The notes: generated from the sequence alone by a model not told the origin. A stretch of DNA of 63,416 nt, filler included, from Octopus bimaculoides (GCF_001194135.2; 3 parts of 3 records of this genome joined end to end with filler, not necessarily neighbours in it); one strand, 5' to 3'. Shown: positions 23,821-36,970, numbered from the whole stretch's first letter. Numbers and translations: made by a program.

Positions 23821-24886
23821 CGTATATTTGTAATACCTCTTATCTGTATCGAAGTGTTACATAGAAAAGAGTTGAGTTACACACTTCTGAATGTAAGCAA
23901 TCTTATCATTGGGAATGATGAATTTAATATCTAGAGCAATACAGTACTCTTCATGAAATTTCCTTTTTTAGTTTTCAGCCTTTCACCAGCATATATATCC
24001 ATTAGCTGGCTTTTTAATTGTGAACAGTTAGATAACAACAGTATTATTTAAATTGCATTTGGCAAAGTTAAGCAGTTGGTGTCTAACACAAATAGCTATT
24101 CATCCAACAGGTCTTCTCAGTGTGTGATGAATAATAAATGATTTATTACAGTGTGTGGCTATGAGAATAGGTGCAAAATTCATTGTAAATTGACTGGTCT
24201 TCGTTAGTTATATGTTCTAGATCTTGTGAATTTTTCAGTCAATGAAAAAATATAACTAAGTGGAGCCTTTGTTCAGATATGTAACCCAGTTTAACTTGCA
24301 TATGACAAATATACATCATGATATATTTATATAAATATGTTTGTGTTTATGTACATGTATGTGCAAATGTGTGTATATACATACATACGTACATATATAT
24401 ATATATATATATATNNNNNNNNNNNNNNNNNNNNNNNNNNNNNNNNNNNNNNNNNNNNNNNNNNNNNNNNNNNNNNNNNNNNNNNNNNNNNNNNNNNNNN
24501 NNNNNNNNNNNNNNNNNNNNNNNNNNNNNNNNNNNNNNNNNNNNNNNNNNNNNNNNNNNNNNNNNNNNNNNNNNNNNNNNNNNNNNNNNNNNNNNNNNNN
24601 NNNNNNNNNNNNNNNNNNNNNNNNNNNNNNNNNNNNNNNNNNNNNNNNNNNNNNNNNNNNNNNNNNNNNNNNNNNNNNNNNNNNNNNNNNNNNNNNNNNN
24701 NNNNNNNNNNNNNNNNNNNNNNNNNNNNNNNNNNNNNNNNNNNNNNNNNNNNNNNNNNNNNNNNNNNNNNNNNNNNNNNNNNNNNNNNNNNNNNNNNNNN
24801 NNNNNNNNNNNNNNNNNNNNNNNNNNNNNNNNNNNNNNNNNNNNNNNNNNNNNNNNNNNNNNNNNNNNNNNNNNNNNNNTATATAG

Positions 24887-24929
<43 letters not shown>

Positions 24930-25374
24930 TGTATGTATGCATGTATATGTATACATACATATGTGAGTTAACAGATGAAAGAAAGTAGTGCTTGACAGAT
25001 TTGGTAGGCGTTATATATTTTAGTTTGACTCAGATAGGAGCATCTGATGAGATGGACTTGTCCTCCTATGCACGCATGAAAATTAGTTGTATATGTATTT
25101 ATGTATATATTCATGTATACATATGTATATATATATGTGTGTATGCATATGTATATATATGTGTATACATATATATATGTGTATACATATGTATATATAT
25201 GTGTGTATATATATGTGTATACATATGTATATAAATGTGAGTGTGCGTATATATATACACACACACATACATACATACTTATACACACACACACATTGAT
25301 ATGCACATATGTATATTTATATATACTTTATCTGTGGGTCAACAAGACTACTATTGGTTTCATGCCTGCCACAG

Positions 25375-25412
25375 GGAATGTCGGTGCTCATCTCCATCAT
25401 GGGTCACTCAAT
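25375..25412 (+). CDS. Candidate short Cys-rich exon
   Basis: gcctgccacag|G GAA TGT CGG TGC TCA TCT CCA TCA TGG GTC ACT CAA T|gtcagc encodes (R)ECRCSSPSWVTQ, phase-compatible with 22295-22376. Confidence 0.3.
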
Positions 25413-25491
25413 GTCAGCCTTGTTAATCCAAAAATAAAGAATATTTATCCATTAATGCAGTGTTGAGGTCTCATTCTTACTGTTTGATATT

Positions 25492-25543
<52 letters not shown>

Positions 25544-26084
25544 ACATTTGTATGTGTATGAGTGTATCATATCAATGTGTTGAGAAACACTGAGTGAAGT
25601 AAATCAAATGATGCTCAGTGGAGATGGAAGATTATGTGGTGTTCATTCATGTTCTGAGAGAATGAAACTAGTATTGAAATATTCAATCTCGTTGAGCCAC
25701 TTCCTCAAGCGTGGATTGTTAATGACCCTGAAATATAGATACGGATCGTTAGTAAAGCATGGTGCAGTTGATATTAACAACAGTTACATTGATATTAGCA
25801 ACAAACACAACTTAGCAACATAGATTTATGGTAACATGCATAATTTCCTACATGTATGAAGTATGCAGTTTGTGTAAGTGTGTGTGTGTGTGGGTGGTGC
25901 TTGAATGATTTGTGCTTGTGTGACTGCATATATATAGGCATTATGTGAGTGTGTGTGTGTGTGTGTGTGCATGTAGCTACACATTTCCATATATATATAT
26001 ATATATATATAGTTAAAAGAAGAAAAGTAAATGGAGATAAGGAAGTTAACAATTATTTATTATTAACAAATTGGTTGTCTTCGT

Positions 26085-26176
26085 TTCTTACAGCTGTTTC
26101 AATTAATACTCAATAATTTAATTACAAGTTTGTACATTAAATTTGCATTTATGTGACACGAACATAATTTCATCAG
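26085..26176 (-). ncRNA. Type I hammerhead ribozyme core, stem I disrupted
   Basis: Minus strand reads CTGATGA (26176-26170), stem II, GAAA (26100-26097), C-AGCT-G-TA (26096-26089). The 5' strand of stem I is replaced by CTAC/poly-C. Confidence 0.6.
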
Positions 26177-26406
26177 GTAGGGGGGGGGGAAGATGTGGAC
26201 CTATCAAGTCATTTCAGCAGACTAAATATTACTGTTTATGATTTGTATTATTATATTTTCAGGTGAAGGATTGACAGATTGATCAGAATATGATTGATTA
26301 GAATATGATTGATCAGAATATGATTAGGGATAAACCATAGTATTTAGTCTGCTGAAATGAATCAATAGGTCTACATATAACATCCCAAAGTATATCTTTT
26401 ATTTTT

Positions 26407-26504
26407 TTTCTCTGATGAAATTATGCTCATACCACATAAATGTAAATTTAATGTATAAATTTGTAATTAAACAATTGAGTATTAATTGAAACGGCTGTAA
26501 GAAG
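26407..26504 (+). ncRNA. Minimal type I hammerhead ribozyme, all core nucleotides present
   Basis: Stem I TTTCT (26407-11) / AGAAG (26500-04); C3UGAUGA9 at 26412-18; 11-bp stem II 26419-29 / 26476-87 with one bulge; G12AAA at 26488-91; stem III AC-GGCT-GU; GUA triplet at 26497-99. Confidence 0.72.
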
Positions 26505-27853
26505 CGAAGATGACCAATTTGTTAATAATAAATAATTGTTAACTTCCTTATCTCCATTTTCTTTTCTTTCCCTTCAACTGGATATAACCTATATGCTTAA
26601 TATATACCTATTGTTTTAAGGGAATTTCATTCCCCAACAATGCTAGGTATTGAACCAGTATTTCCTTGGATGCAACCATCTCTTCACGAGGTTAACATAT
26701 CCTCTAATTAAATTTATATATAGATATATCTTTTAAAAATATGTTATGTCTTATGACTTTTATTTATGCATGCTAACCACTGGTAATAAATTATTTTAAT
26801 TTATTATCCTCATATTTACGATAGTAACATTTAATTCTGAGGCTATATACGACACAGTTTTAAATTTCTTTATTTACTGCTGGACTATATATTTATGCCC
26901 GTGCTCTTTATCTTCAAATGGATAAAGCTGTCTTGTGCACATGTTTTCGATATGTATTTACAACTACATAACTATTCACATGCTTTGGGGTTCAGTCCTA
27001 CTGTGTGGCATCTTCAGCAATAGGTGCAAGATGACCAAAGCCTTATATGAATGTGTGACTTTGTATGAGTTTGTTTCTCACCACCAGTTGACAAATGGTA
27101 TTGGTGTGTTTACGTCCCTGTAACTTAGCAGTTCAGCAACAAAAACTGACAGAATAAGGGTCAAAGTTAAAAAGCAAAATAAGTAGTGGGGTTGATTCTT
27201 TTAACTAAAAATTCTTCAAGGTGGTGCTCCAGCATGACCACAGTCTAATGACTGAAACAGGTTAAAGATAAAGGATAAAGGATACATGTACATATATTTG
27301 AATTATTCTCATCCCAGGTTACCCTTTTTTCCTTGTATAAGTGACCAAGATCATAACATTGACCCTGAATGGGGCTAGTCTGTTACAGGGTTCAAGGCTT
27401 GCAATTTTAAGGGGAGGGCAAAAGCTGACTATGTTGACTTGCTCAGTATTTGACTGCTACTTTATTTATGAGCCTCAAAGGGATGAAAGGCAAAGATGAC
27501 GTCAGTGTGATTTGAACTCAGTATGTTGGAAGAAATGCTACAAAGCATTTTGTCTGACGCACTAGCAATTCTGCCAGATACCATATATCATCATCATCAT
27601 CATGTAATGCCCCTTGTCCATGGGTTGGATGGTTTGACCAGGGCTGGTAAGCTGAGGGGCTGCACCAGACTCCAGTCTGATTTGGCAGGGTTTCTATGGC
27701 TGGATGCCCTTCCTAATGCCAACCACTCTGAGAGTGTCGTGGGTGCCTTTTATGTGACACCAGTATGTGCCACGACTATGATTTCACTGGGTTTGATGGG
27801 TCTTCTTCTCAAGCACAGCATAATGCCAAAGGTCTCGGTCATTTGTCATTGAC

Positions 27854-27886
<33 letters not shown>

Positions 27887-28379
27887 TATGTATATATGTA
27901 TGTATGTATATGTATGTATGTATCCATGTATGTATGTATNNNNNNNNNNNNNNNNNNNNNNNNNNNNNNNNNNNNNNNNNNNNNNNNNNNNNNNNNNNNN
28001 NNNNNNNNNNNNNNNNNNNNNNNNNNNNNNNNNNNNNNNNNNNNNNNNNNNNNNNNNNNNNNNNNNNNNNNNNNNNNNNNNNNNNNNNNNNNNNNNNNNN
28101 NNNNNNNNNNNNNNNNNNNNNNNNNNNNNNNNNNNNNNNNNNNNNNNNNNNNNNNNNNNNNNNNNNNNNNNNNNNNNNNNNNNNNNNNNNNNNNNNNNNN
28201 NNNNNNNNNNNNNNNNNNNNNNNNNNNNNNNNNNNNNNNNNNNNNNNNNNNNNNNNNNNNNNNNNNNNNNNNNNNNNNNNNATGCATTATGTATGTATGT
28301 ATGCATGTATATGTATGTATGTATGCATGTATATGCATATATGTATGTATATGTATGTATGTATGTAATTATGTATGTA

Positions 28380-29115
28380 TGTATATGAGAGTGCATGACG
28401 TAATGGTTAAGGTGTTGCACTTATGATTGCAAGATTGTGGTTTCAACTCCTGCACCAGGTGGTGCATTGTGTTATTGAGGAAAGCACTTCCTCTTACATT
28501 GTTCTGCAATCACTTTGACACCTGACATTCAAATTCCGCCGAGGTCTACCTTGCCTTTCATCCTTTCGGAGTCGATAAATGAAGCACCAGTTACACACTG
28601 GGGTCGATGTAATCGACTTAATCCGTTTGTCTGTCCTTGTTTGTGTGTAGCCCCTTGTGGGCAGTAAAGAAATAAGAAACCTTAGCGTGCTGGAAAAATG
28701 TTTATTGGTATTTCACCTGTCATAACATTCTGAGTTCAAATTCTGCTGAGACCAACTTTACTTTTTATCCTTTCAGGATCGATAAAATAGGTACCAGTTG
28801 TACGCTGGGGATCAATGTAACCACCTTATCCCTTCCCCCCAAATTGCAGCCCTTCTAGTAAAATTTGAAGCCATTATATCTGACAGAGTAATGGCAGTGT
28901 GCTGACAGAACCCTTAGTGTGTTGGACAAAATGCTTTTTGGTATTTCACCCATCATAACATTCTGAGTTCAAATTCTGCCAAGATCGATTTTACTTTTCC
29001 TCATGTCAGGGTCAGTAAAATAAGTTCCAGTTGAACATTGGGGGTGGGGGTCGATGTAATCATCTCATCCTCTCCCCCAAAATTGTTGCCCTTGTGGTAA
29101 ATTTTGAAACCATTA
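28380..29115 (+). mobile_element. Cluster of SINEs (one tRNA-like head plus three Nin-type copies)
   Basis: Repeated TTCAAATTC.GC.GAG..C.AC.TT.C.TTT.ATCCTTTC.G..TCGATAAA blocks at about 28530, 28735 and 28965. Confidence 0.8.
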
Positions 29116-29580
29116 CATGTGACAGAATAATCCAAATACTAAGGGATTAAACAAAGTCACTGCACAAGGCATGAAAAGGTTCTTGTTGCTCTGATGGATG
29201 AACAAGATGACGATTCGAAGAATCCCTCAGCCATCATTAACAAACGTCACAACCAGAATCATGGCCAAGCCACAGACAATGGCTCAACATCTGTGTGGGG
29301 CAGCAGGACGAATTGCATGATAAGAATAAAACAAAGAAATACTAGAAATACATGTGTGGTGTGCATGATGTGTGAGGATGTATTCATTTTTCTGTGTGTA
29401 TGTATATATATTTGTGTGTGTTTGTACATGATGTGTATGGTGTGTGGTATGTATTCATTTGTCTGTGTGTGTTTATGTGTTTGTGTGTGTATGTTTGCAC
29501 ATGGAGTGAAGCCAATAATTAGTTCATGAGTAACTAGGGGCATTCTACAATACGCAACATAAAGAAACATTCAGCGAGTT

Positions 29581-29912
29581 TGAATAGTAGTAGTAGTAGT
29601 GGTGGTGGTGGTGGTAGTGGTGGCTGTGGTAGTGGTGGGGTGGAAGTAGTAGTAGTAATAGTGGTGGTGGAGGTGGTGGTGGTTATAGTGGTGGGGGTGG
29701 AAGTAGTAGTAGTAATAGTAGTAGTGGTAGTGATGGTGATTGTGGTGGTGGTGATGGCTGTGGTAGTGGTGGGGATGGAAGTAGTAGTAATAGTGGTAGT
29801 GGTGGTGGTGGTGGTGGTGGTGGTGATGGCTGCGGCAGCAATGGTGGCAGCAGCGGCAGTTGTGGTAGTGGTTATAGTGGTGGGTGTAGTAGTAGTAGTA
29901 GTAGTAGTAGTG
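29581..29912. repeat. Mosaic (GTA/GTG)n trinucleotide repeat
   Basis: Direct inspection; this is the source of the poly-Val ORF. Confidence 0.92.
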
Positions 29913-30294
29913 TATTATCCAGCAAATAATGAACTGAAATCATTTATTAATGTATAATAATAGTTCATGCTAAAAATATACAGAGGCTGAAAACAATAAC
30001 GTAAAAATATTTAAAAAAATAAAACAAAAAACAAAAGTAAAACAAATCTTAACAAATTAGAATATTACAACAGTAGCAACAAAAACAACAAGAGCAACAA
30101 AAACAACAACAATAATTACTATTGTAACAACATTAATAAAATACTGCATTAATGGGATCGCATGAGCATAATTAGAATGCAAAGATAATTATAAACAAAC
30201 AAATAAGAAATAAATATATAAAAAGAAAAGGAAACAAGAAAAAAACAATGAAACAAGCTTAAATAAAGGAAAGAAAAGATTCAATCATTTGGAA

Positions 30295-30625
30295 GCAAAT
30301 TGTGGCACTCTGTCGGTTATGAGGACAAAGAGGTTCCAGTTGATCCAATTGATGGAACAGCCTGCTCATGAAATTAATGTGTAAGTGGTTGAGCACTCCA
30401 CAGACACATGTACCCTTAATGTAGTTCTCGGGGAGATTCAGCATGACACAGAATGTGTCAAAGCTGACCCTTTGAATTACAGGTAGAACCTCATTTTTGC
30501 CAGCTGAGTGGACTGGAGCAACATGAAATAAAGTGTCTTGCTCAAGGACATGATACTCAGCCAGGAACTGAATTCCTTACCACGTGATTATGAGCTGAAT
30601 ACCAGAAACATTAAGCCATGCACCT
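30295..30625 (-). mobile_element. SINE related to the 40462-40846 family
   Basis: Shares GTTCCAGTTGATCC.AT..A.GGAACAGCCTGCTC.TGAAATTAA.GTG.AAGTGGTTGAGCACTCCACA with 40498-40570, here CpG-decayed. Confidence 0.8.
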
Positions 30626-30633
30626 CCACTAAC

Positions 30634-30671
<38 letters not shown>

Positions 30672-30977
30672 TAATAATAACAGTAATAATAATAATAACA
30701 ATAATAACGGTAATAATGGTAATAATAATGATAATGAAAAAAATAAAATTTGGTTCACACATTTCATGTTTTTGGTAAATTTAATTTTTATTCAACTTTG
30801 ATTTTGAATAATGCGAAAAAAAAAAAAAGAAGAGAGAACTGTCTTAAAATTTCAACAAATACAAATTGTAACATTATTAGTTTTCATCACAAAAATACAT
30901 GAGGACACTTGGTTAATATTCACATACATACACACATACATACATATACACATACATACACACATACATACATACAC

Positions 30978-31041
<64 letters not shown>

Positions 31042-31087
31042 GTNNNNNNNNNNNNNNNNNNNNNNNNNNNNNNNNNNNNNNNNNNNN

Positions 31088-31099
31088 TTAATTAATTAA
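31088..31099. other. Artificial scaffolding linker (six-frame stop)
   Basis: 44 N + TTAATTAATTAA + 44 N = exactly 100 nt. Confidence 0.95.
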
Positions 31100-31143
31100 N
31101 NNNNNNNNNNNNNNNNNNNNNNNNNNNNNNNNNNNNNNNNNNN

Positions 31144-31464
31144 TTCAAAATACAAAGACCTGGAAATAGAGGTAACTCAAATGTGGAATCTAAAAACAGA
31201 AACAATTCCTATCATAGTAGGTGCCTTACGTATAATAAAAAATATTCAGACAAATACATAGCAAAAACACCAGGACTTACAAATATATATAACATACAGA
31301 AAATTGCACTACTAGGCACTGCACACATCCTACGCAAAACACTTTCAATACAGTAACCATAGGAGCATCACAGCAAACCACAGCACATGCCCAAGGCACA
31401 CAGAGCTGCGCTCGGTAGTGAAGTGAAAGCATGTTATAAAAATAAAACTACTGAATAATAATAA
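31144..31464 (+). mobile_element. R4/Dong-clade non-LTR retrotransposon 3' end
   Basis: SKYKDLEIEVTQMWNLKTETIPIIVGAL and IQKIALLGTAHILRKTL (restriction-like endonuclease C-terminus), a short 3' UTR and an (AAT)n tail. Confidence 0.85.
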
Positions 31465-31670
31465 AACCTACGTATGGAAAGAATCACATCTTTAATTGTA
31501 GAATTTAACTAATGTTGGATCGCCTTGAAAACGTTGTGTTAACATGTTTTTTCGAAAATATTAATTTCAATGATGTTTTCTATATTTGAATATGTTAGCA
31601 CGATAGAAACAATTGTCGGCTTTGTGAGGTGAATTCTACAATTAAAGATTATCTCTATACGTATTCTGTT

Positions 31671-31720
<50 letters not shown>

Positions 31721-32169
31721 CATACTATGTCTAAATAGAACAAAGGACAACAGGTCTGCTCGATTACCCTTGATTTCTACACTAAGCCAAAACAATGATA
31801 CGCAGTAATACTCTCTGTCAACCGTCTTACATATATCAATACATAGATATGCTTTCTAAACCATGACCTGCTCCATCCTTCCCCAAAACTTCAATTGACT
31901 GATTGGCATGAAGTCGATCACCAACACACACCACCGTATGACCCACGCTGTCTCCTCTCTCTATCTATCTACGTCTGCTTTAATTCTGACCCTCATAATT
32001 TATTGGTGTCGTGCTATTTGCATTCAGGCATTCTTGACTCTCACATATCTCATTTCCTCTTGTTCCCTCTAAAGCTGTCATATCTACTATCCTAGACGCC
32101 GATTAAAGCTCATCTTAATCCTCCCAGCTTACCATCCAAAACGCCGACCCTCAGGAAAACCATTCCTAT

Positions 32170-32200
<31 letters not shown>

Positions 32201-33128
32201 TTCTGTAGTCACTGACTTGCTGTGATTCAAGAACAAACATTAATCTACATCCGTTTCACCGGTTTGGAACGTCTGCGAAGGCCTTCGGTTTATCTCTTTC
32301 CGCCATATCAAATCATTTAAATAATTGTAGATTAGACGTATATTTTGCACAGAGGGTCAGCAACTTATCAACATATAACAGTTATTCAACAGGTCCTTCC
32401 GTTTTTTTTAAAAAAGTAGGGTGTGGTTTGACAGATAGACACGACTGCTATTTCTATCAGATCCCGGACAGTCTCTTATAGGCTCTTCTTACTAATATCT
32501 GGGTATATGATTGTGTAGATTCATTTATTTATTATGTATGTATTAGCGATTTTTCCCCCACTTCCAAGTATCTATTCAGAAATAGCATAGCCAAGTAATC
32601 ATCAGTATTTCAGATCGCACAATAGAGACTGAACGAATGGTTCACATAGAAACAATGATAAAGACGCAATGACTCTTGGATCAATATTATCAAATTCTGA
32701 ATCTAGGAGAAGAAAATATTTCAATAAATACCATCGATTTATGCCTGTTCCAGCCAGTCTGTATTCTTGTAGAGAAGTTAAAGCTGTGCAACATATAACT
32801 GAAGAAAAATAAAGTGGGCAGGGTAGGAACGGAAGATTTATGGCTGATAACAAATAACTTAAAAGATGGAAAATAAAATCACTGTTAAATACACATACAC
32901 GACGCACACACTCATTCACATATAGACATACATATGTATACACACACANNNNNNNNNNNNNNNNNNNNNNNNNNNNNNNNNNNNNNNNNNNNNNNNNNNN
33001 NNNNNNNNNNNNNNNNNNNNNNNNNNNNNNNNNNNNNNNNNNNNNNNNNNNNNNNNNNNNNNNNNNNNNNNNNNNNNNNNNNNNNNNNNNNNNNNNNNNN
33101 NNNNNNNNNNNNNNNNNNNNNNNNNNNN

Positions 33129-33166
<38 letters not shown>

Positions 33167-34716
33167 ATTTCCACATTCACCTCCAAACCCACTATCCCGT
33201 TCACTTAGTCATATGCAGCGTATATGTATGTATGAATGTATGTATGTATGTATGTAAACATATATGATTAAATGTACAGGCACATCCGCGGAACACATGC
33301 ACAAACATACATGGACATACGCACTTCTACTGCCAATATATAACGTCCATGTACAAACATTCGGAGCTACACATTTACATATGTAAATGCATACATACTT
33401 ATCTACAAATATACATACATAAGTACACAAATACCCATCTCTATCTCTGTCTCTTTCTCACACACAACTCTGATATATACATACACGTATGAATACATAT
33501 ACACATAAAAGTGCGCATACAAAACGCATACATACATAATAGACGTAAGTGCATGGAAACAAATACACATATAACCAGACGTGCATACAAACATATACAC
33601 ATATACATAAATATACATAACATAAAAGGAGCTGCTTTGTTACAATGCCATAAAATGAATTTAATGTCTGTTGTGTTTATTTTTGTTGTTACTTAGCCCA
33701 GGGTCAAAAATGATGGAGCAGACCAACGATCAAAGTCAATCCAAACCGGCCCATTTAGCCTATTTACAAAAGCATACGATTTACATTATCTAATGGTCTG
33801 ATTTTGAAGGACGTTTGACTGCTATGTCGAACAGTTTGGATGCCAGAATACAAACTCTCGTACTGGTTCATAGAGTATGAAGTGAAAACTGAACTGCAAG
33901 AGAAAAGTTCTTGGTAAACCAAGATCGAGTTTCATCTCTTTTAAACCAAATGTCTTATCTGTCTGTTTTATCTTTCTGTCGACTGTTCTTCCTTCTCTCT
34001 AAGGGCAACAGGACCAATCACAAGTCGGTATTGATTTAATCGATTGTTTCCCCCTTTCAAATTCGAAGTCATGTGTCATTTGTGAGAAATTTTGCTTTTT
34101 TCATCTCTAATACTTACATTCATGCTTATATTCTTAAGGCTACTGCAGGCTAGTGTTTCATATTTATGCATCACCACTGCATATACCCACACACCTGTTA
34201 CCAAGTATCATTCAAACGACCGAGATAACTCTGAATTGATATCATAGAGTAGCGCAGTTCGAATTCGGTTCAAGCTGACGCGTGAAGTTTGAAATGCAGA
34301 GTGTCAGTCCCATTGCATCCCTTCATAGTGAAAATAGGAACTGTTCATGTATACTCTTCTCTTTGATCTTAACTGACACCTTTACGATCTAACAAGATTA
34401 CAGGATTAATCATGGCGCCACATTCCACGTCAGTTCTAATTTAAAGCTGAATTTAAAGAGAATATTTCATGTTTTCTGGTAAGGTATGTTTTGGCGCAGC
34501 TGTGTTGGCGTCGTTGATTCGACGCAGATTTATTTGACATAAGACGTTTTAATGTCTCTCGTTCGTCTCTCTCTCTGCCCTCCCCCTCCCACCCTCTCTC
34601 TCTCTCTCTCTCTCTCTCTGTTTATTTGTGTGAGCAAATTTTTCTTTGTGTTTAAGAGAGGAAAAGTGTTTATGTCGATCGTGTTTGATTAATAAATTGT
34701 AATGTCTTCCTCTCAA

Positions 34717-34774
<58 letters not shown>

Positions 34775-36668
34775 CCTCTTTCTCTCTCTCCACCCCTTAT
34801 CTCTCTATTTCTCTTTCTTTCCCTATATGTTTATTTCTGCACGCTCCTGCATATGTATATTTTCGCTTCCAGTACCAAAAAGCACTATTATAGTTATACC
34901 AGAACAAATCCATTAATATTATGAAAACTATATCCATTACCTTATCATAAATCAATTGTACAATGCTAAAGCAGATTTAATGAAATTGTAGTTTTACTAT
35001 GTATTTATTACTAATATTTGATTTCCCATATTTTCTATCTCTTACCTGTTTCTGTCATTAGACTACGATCATACTGGGGTACCGCCTTAAAAGGTTTAGT
35101 TGAACAAATCGACCCTAGTGCTTATTTTTAAGTTTTGGTACTTATTCTATCGGTTTCTTTGGCTGAATCTCTCATTTACGGGGACGTAAATAAACTAATA
35201 CTGATTGTCAAGTGGTAATTCTGGAAAAACACAAACACAATGTCACACACACACACACGCACATACACACACATACGCACACACACACACGCAAGCACGC
35301 ACAGACACACACAACAAACGCACTCACACACGTGTAACTATACACGTGCTGTTGACATTTTTTTCTCTTTTTCTTTTCCGACGAAGAGCTATGCTCGAAA
35401 CGTCAAATACTCTCCTTTTACCAAGCATCAAACTAATACATTCCTTGTGCACGTCCTATTGTTGTCTGTCATTGTTAATTTTATTGTTCATTCATTTGAT
35501 TTGAGTATATATATATGTATGTTTATATGTGTGTGTGTATGCATATCAAAATTATATATACACACGTGTGTGTGTGGTGTGTGTGTGTGTAGGGACGACG
35601 GGTTTACTTGTAGTTCCCGTCTACTAGATTCACTCTCAAGGCACAGGTGCCATATTTCCCTGCTTCTTCTCGTAGACATTTCCGTCTACACGTCAAAGAG
35701 GGAAGGCTCAAAGTAGTGGCTGGTGCTGATAGAAATAGCAGCAGGATGTTCCTCAACTCACACCCTACAGTCTTGGAAAAGGGAAGGCATCGTTTAATGT
35801 AGTGCTAAGTATACAAAAAGACGAGTTGGTCACAGCAGGAACGCCTTTGATCATAAGCTATGCTTTTAAACTTGAGTGCCAGCCTAGACTAAAGAACAAG
35901 GCCCCAAGGACAGCGACATTTATGTGAAGATGCCAATATAAACAAACTGCTTTGGTAATTAATATGCGAAATTGCACCTAAATTTGTGAATGAGTAGCTG
36001 TCTGTCCACCTGCCTGCCTGTCTGTCTGTCATCCTACCTGTCTGCCTCTCTATCAAACTGCCTTTTCTGACTGTTTGTCTGTCTGTCTATCTGTCTTTCT
36101 CTCTGCCTGTCTGTCTGTCTGTCTGTCTGTCTCAGTTTCATTGTTTAAGTGTCTCGTTGATTACTTGCATATTGGATTTCTTGATTAATTGATTATGCAG
36201 CTGTTTGATTGTTTGATCGATTGATTGATTATTTCAGTGTTTGATTGCTTGATTGATCGATTGTCTGATCGATTACTTACTCGACTGGCTGTTTGATTGC
36301 TTAATTACATGACTTTAGGATAAGTTAATTGCTTAAGTTAATTGTTTGATTGGTTGGAAATACATTCATTGCCTGCTTAAAAGAGCGTGTGGATGTCACT
36401 CTTTCTCTGTGGATGCATGTGTGTGTGTTTGCGTGCGTGCGTGCTTGATGAATGTATGCATGATCTTGCATGCGTGCGTGTGTGTCGTGTATGTGTGTGC
36501 GTGTCATATGTGTATGTGTGTGTGGGGGAAGGGGCAGTTAAAGAGTCAGGCTGAATTCATTACACTATTTAGGGCAGTCGTCCTACGTTCAGAATTGAAA
36601 TCCCAGCGGGCCAAAATTTTGTCTTTCAACCCTCCAGAATACTTAAAGTGCCTATATGTTATAGTTGT

Positions 36669-36745
<77 letters not shown>

Positions 36746-36938
36746 AATTCATGCTTGCGTGTATGCAAATTGCGTTATTCTGTTAAGTGTGTTTAGCTTA
36801 TGTCCTACGTGAAACTGTTGTTTTATAATAACCTATAATGAATGCATACTTGTGTTAGTGTAATTACATGCTTCAGTTTATGTCTAGGCACATATGTGAA
36901 CGTATATATTTAGGCGCAAGTATGTGTCTGTGTGTGTG

Positions 36939-36970
<32 letters not shown>

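Larger units (their letters stand above)
26029..26559. repeat. Nested foldback: 148-bp outer arms plus about 40-bp inner arms around a 15-bp tandem repeat
   Basis: 26029-26176 is the reverse complement of 26412-26559 (roughly 90% identical). 26198-26239 pairs with 26330-26371. GAT(C/T)AGAATATGATT x3 lies inside. Confidence 0.92.

Noticed and set aside
25033-25095. CTGATGA inside the hairpin ATAGGAG/CTCCTAT with a later GAAA
   Set aside because: The pairing puts the CUGAUGA in a loop incompatible with hammerhead topology.
11453-26690. Calling the plus-strand candidate RGP1, the head-to-head neighbour of vertebrate GBA2
   Set aside because: None of the candidate exons resembles RGP1 as I recall it; no symbol assigned.
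26630-26690. Further plus-strand exon (EFHSPTMLGIEPVFPWMQPSLHE or GISFPNNAR)
   Set aside because: Good acceptor, but several donors and frames fit, so it could not be placed in the model.
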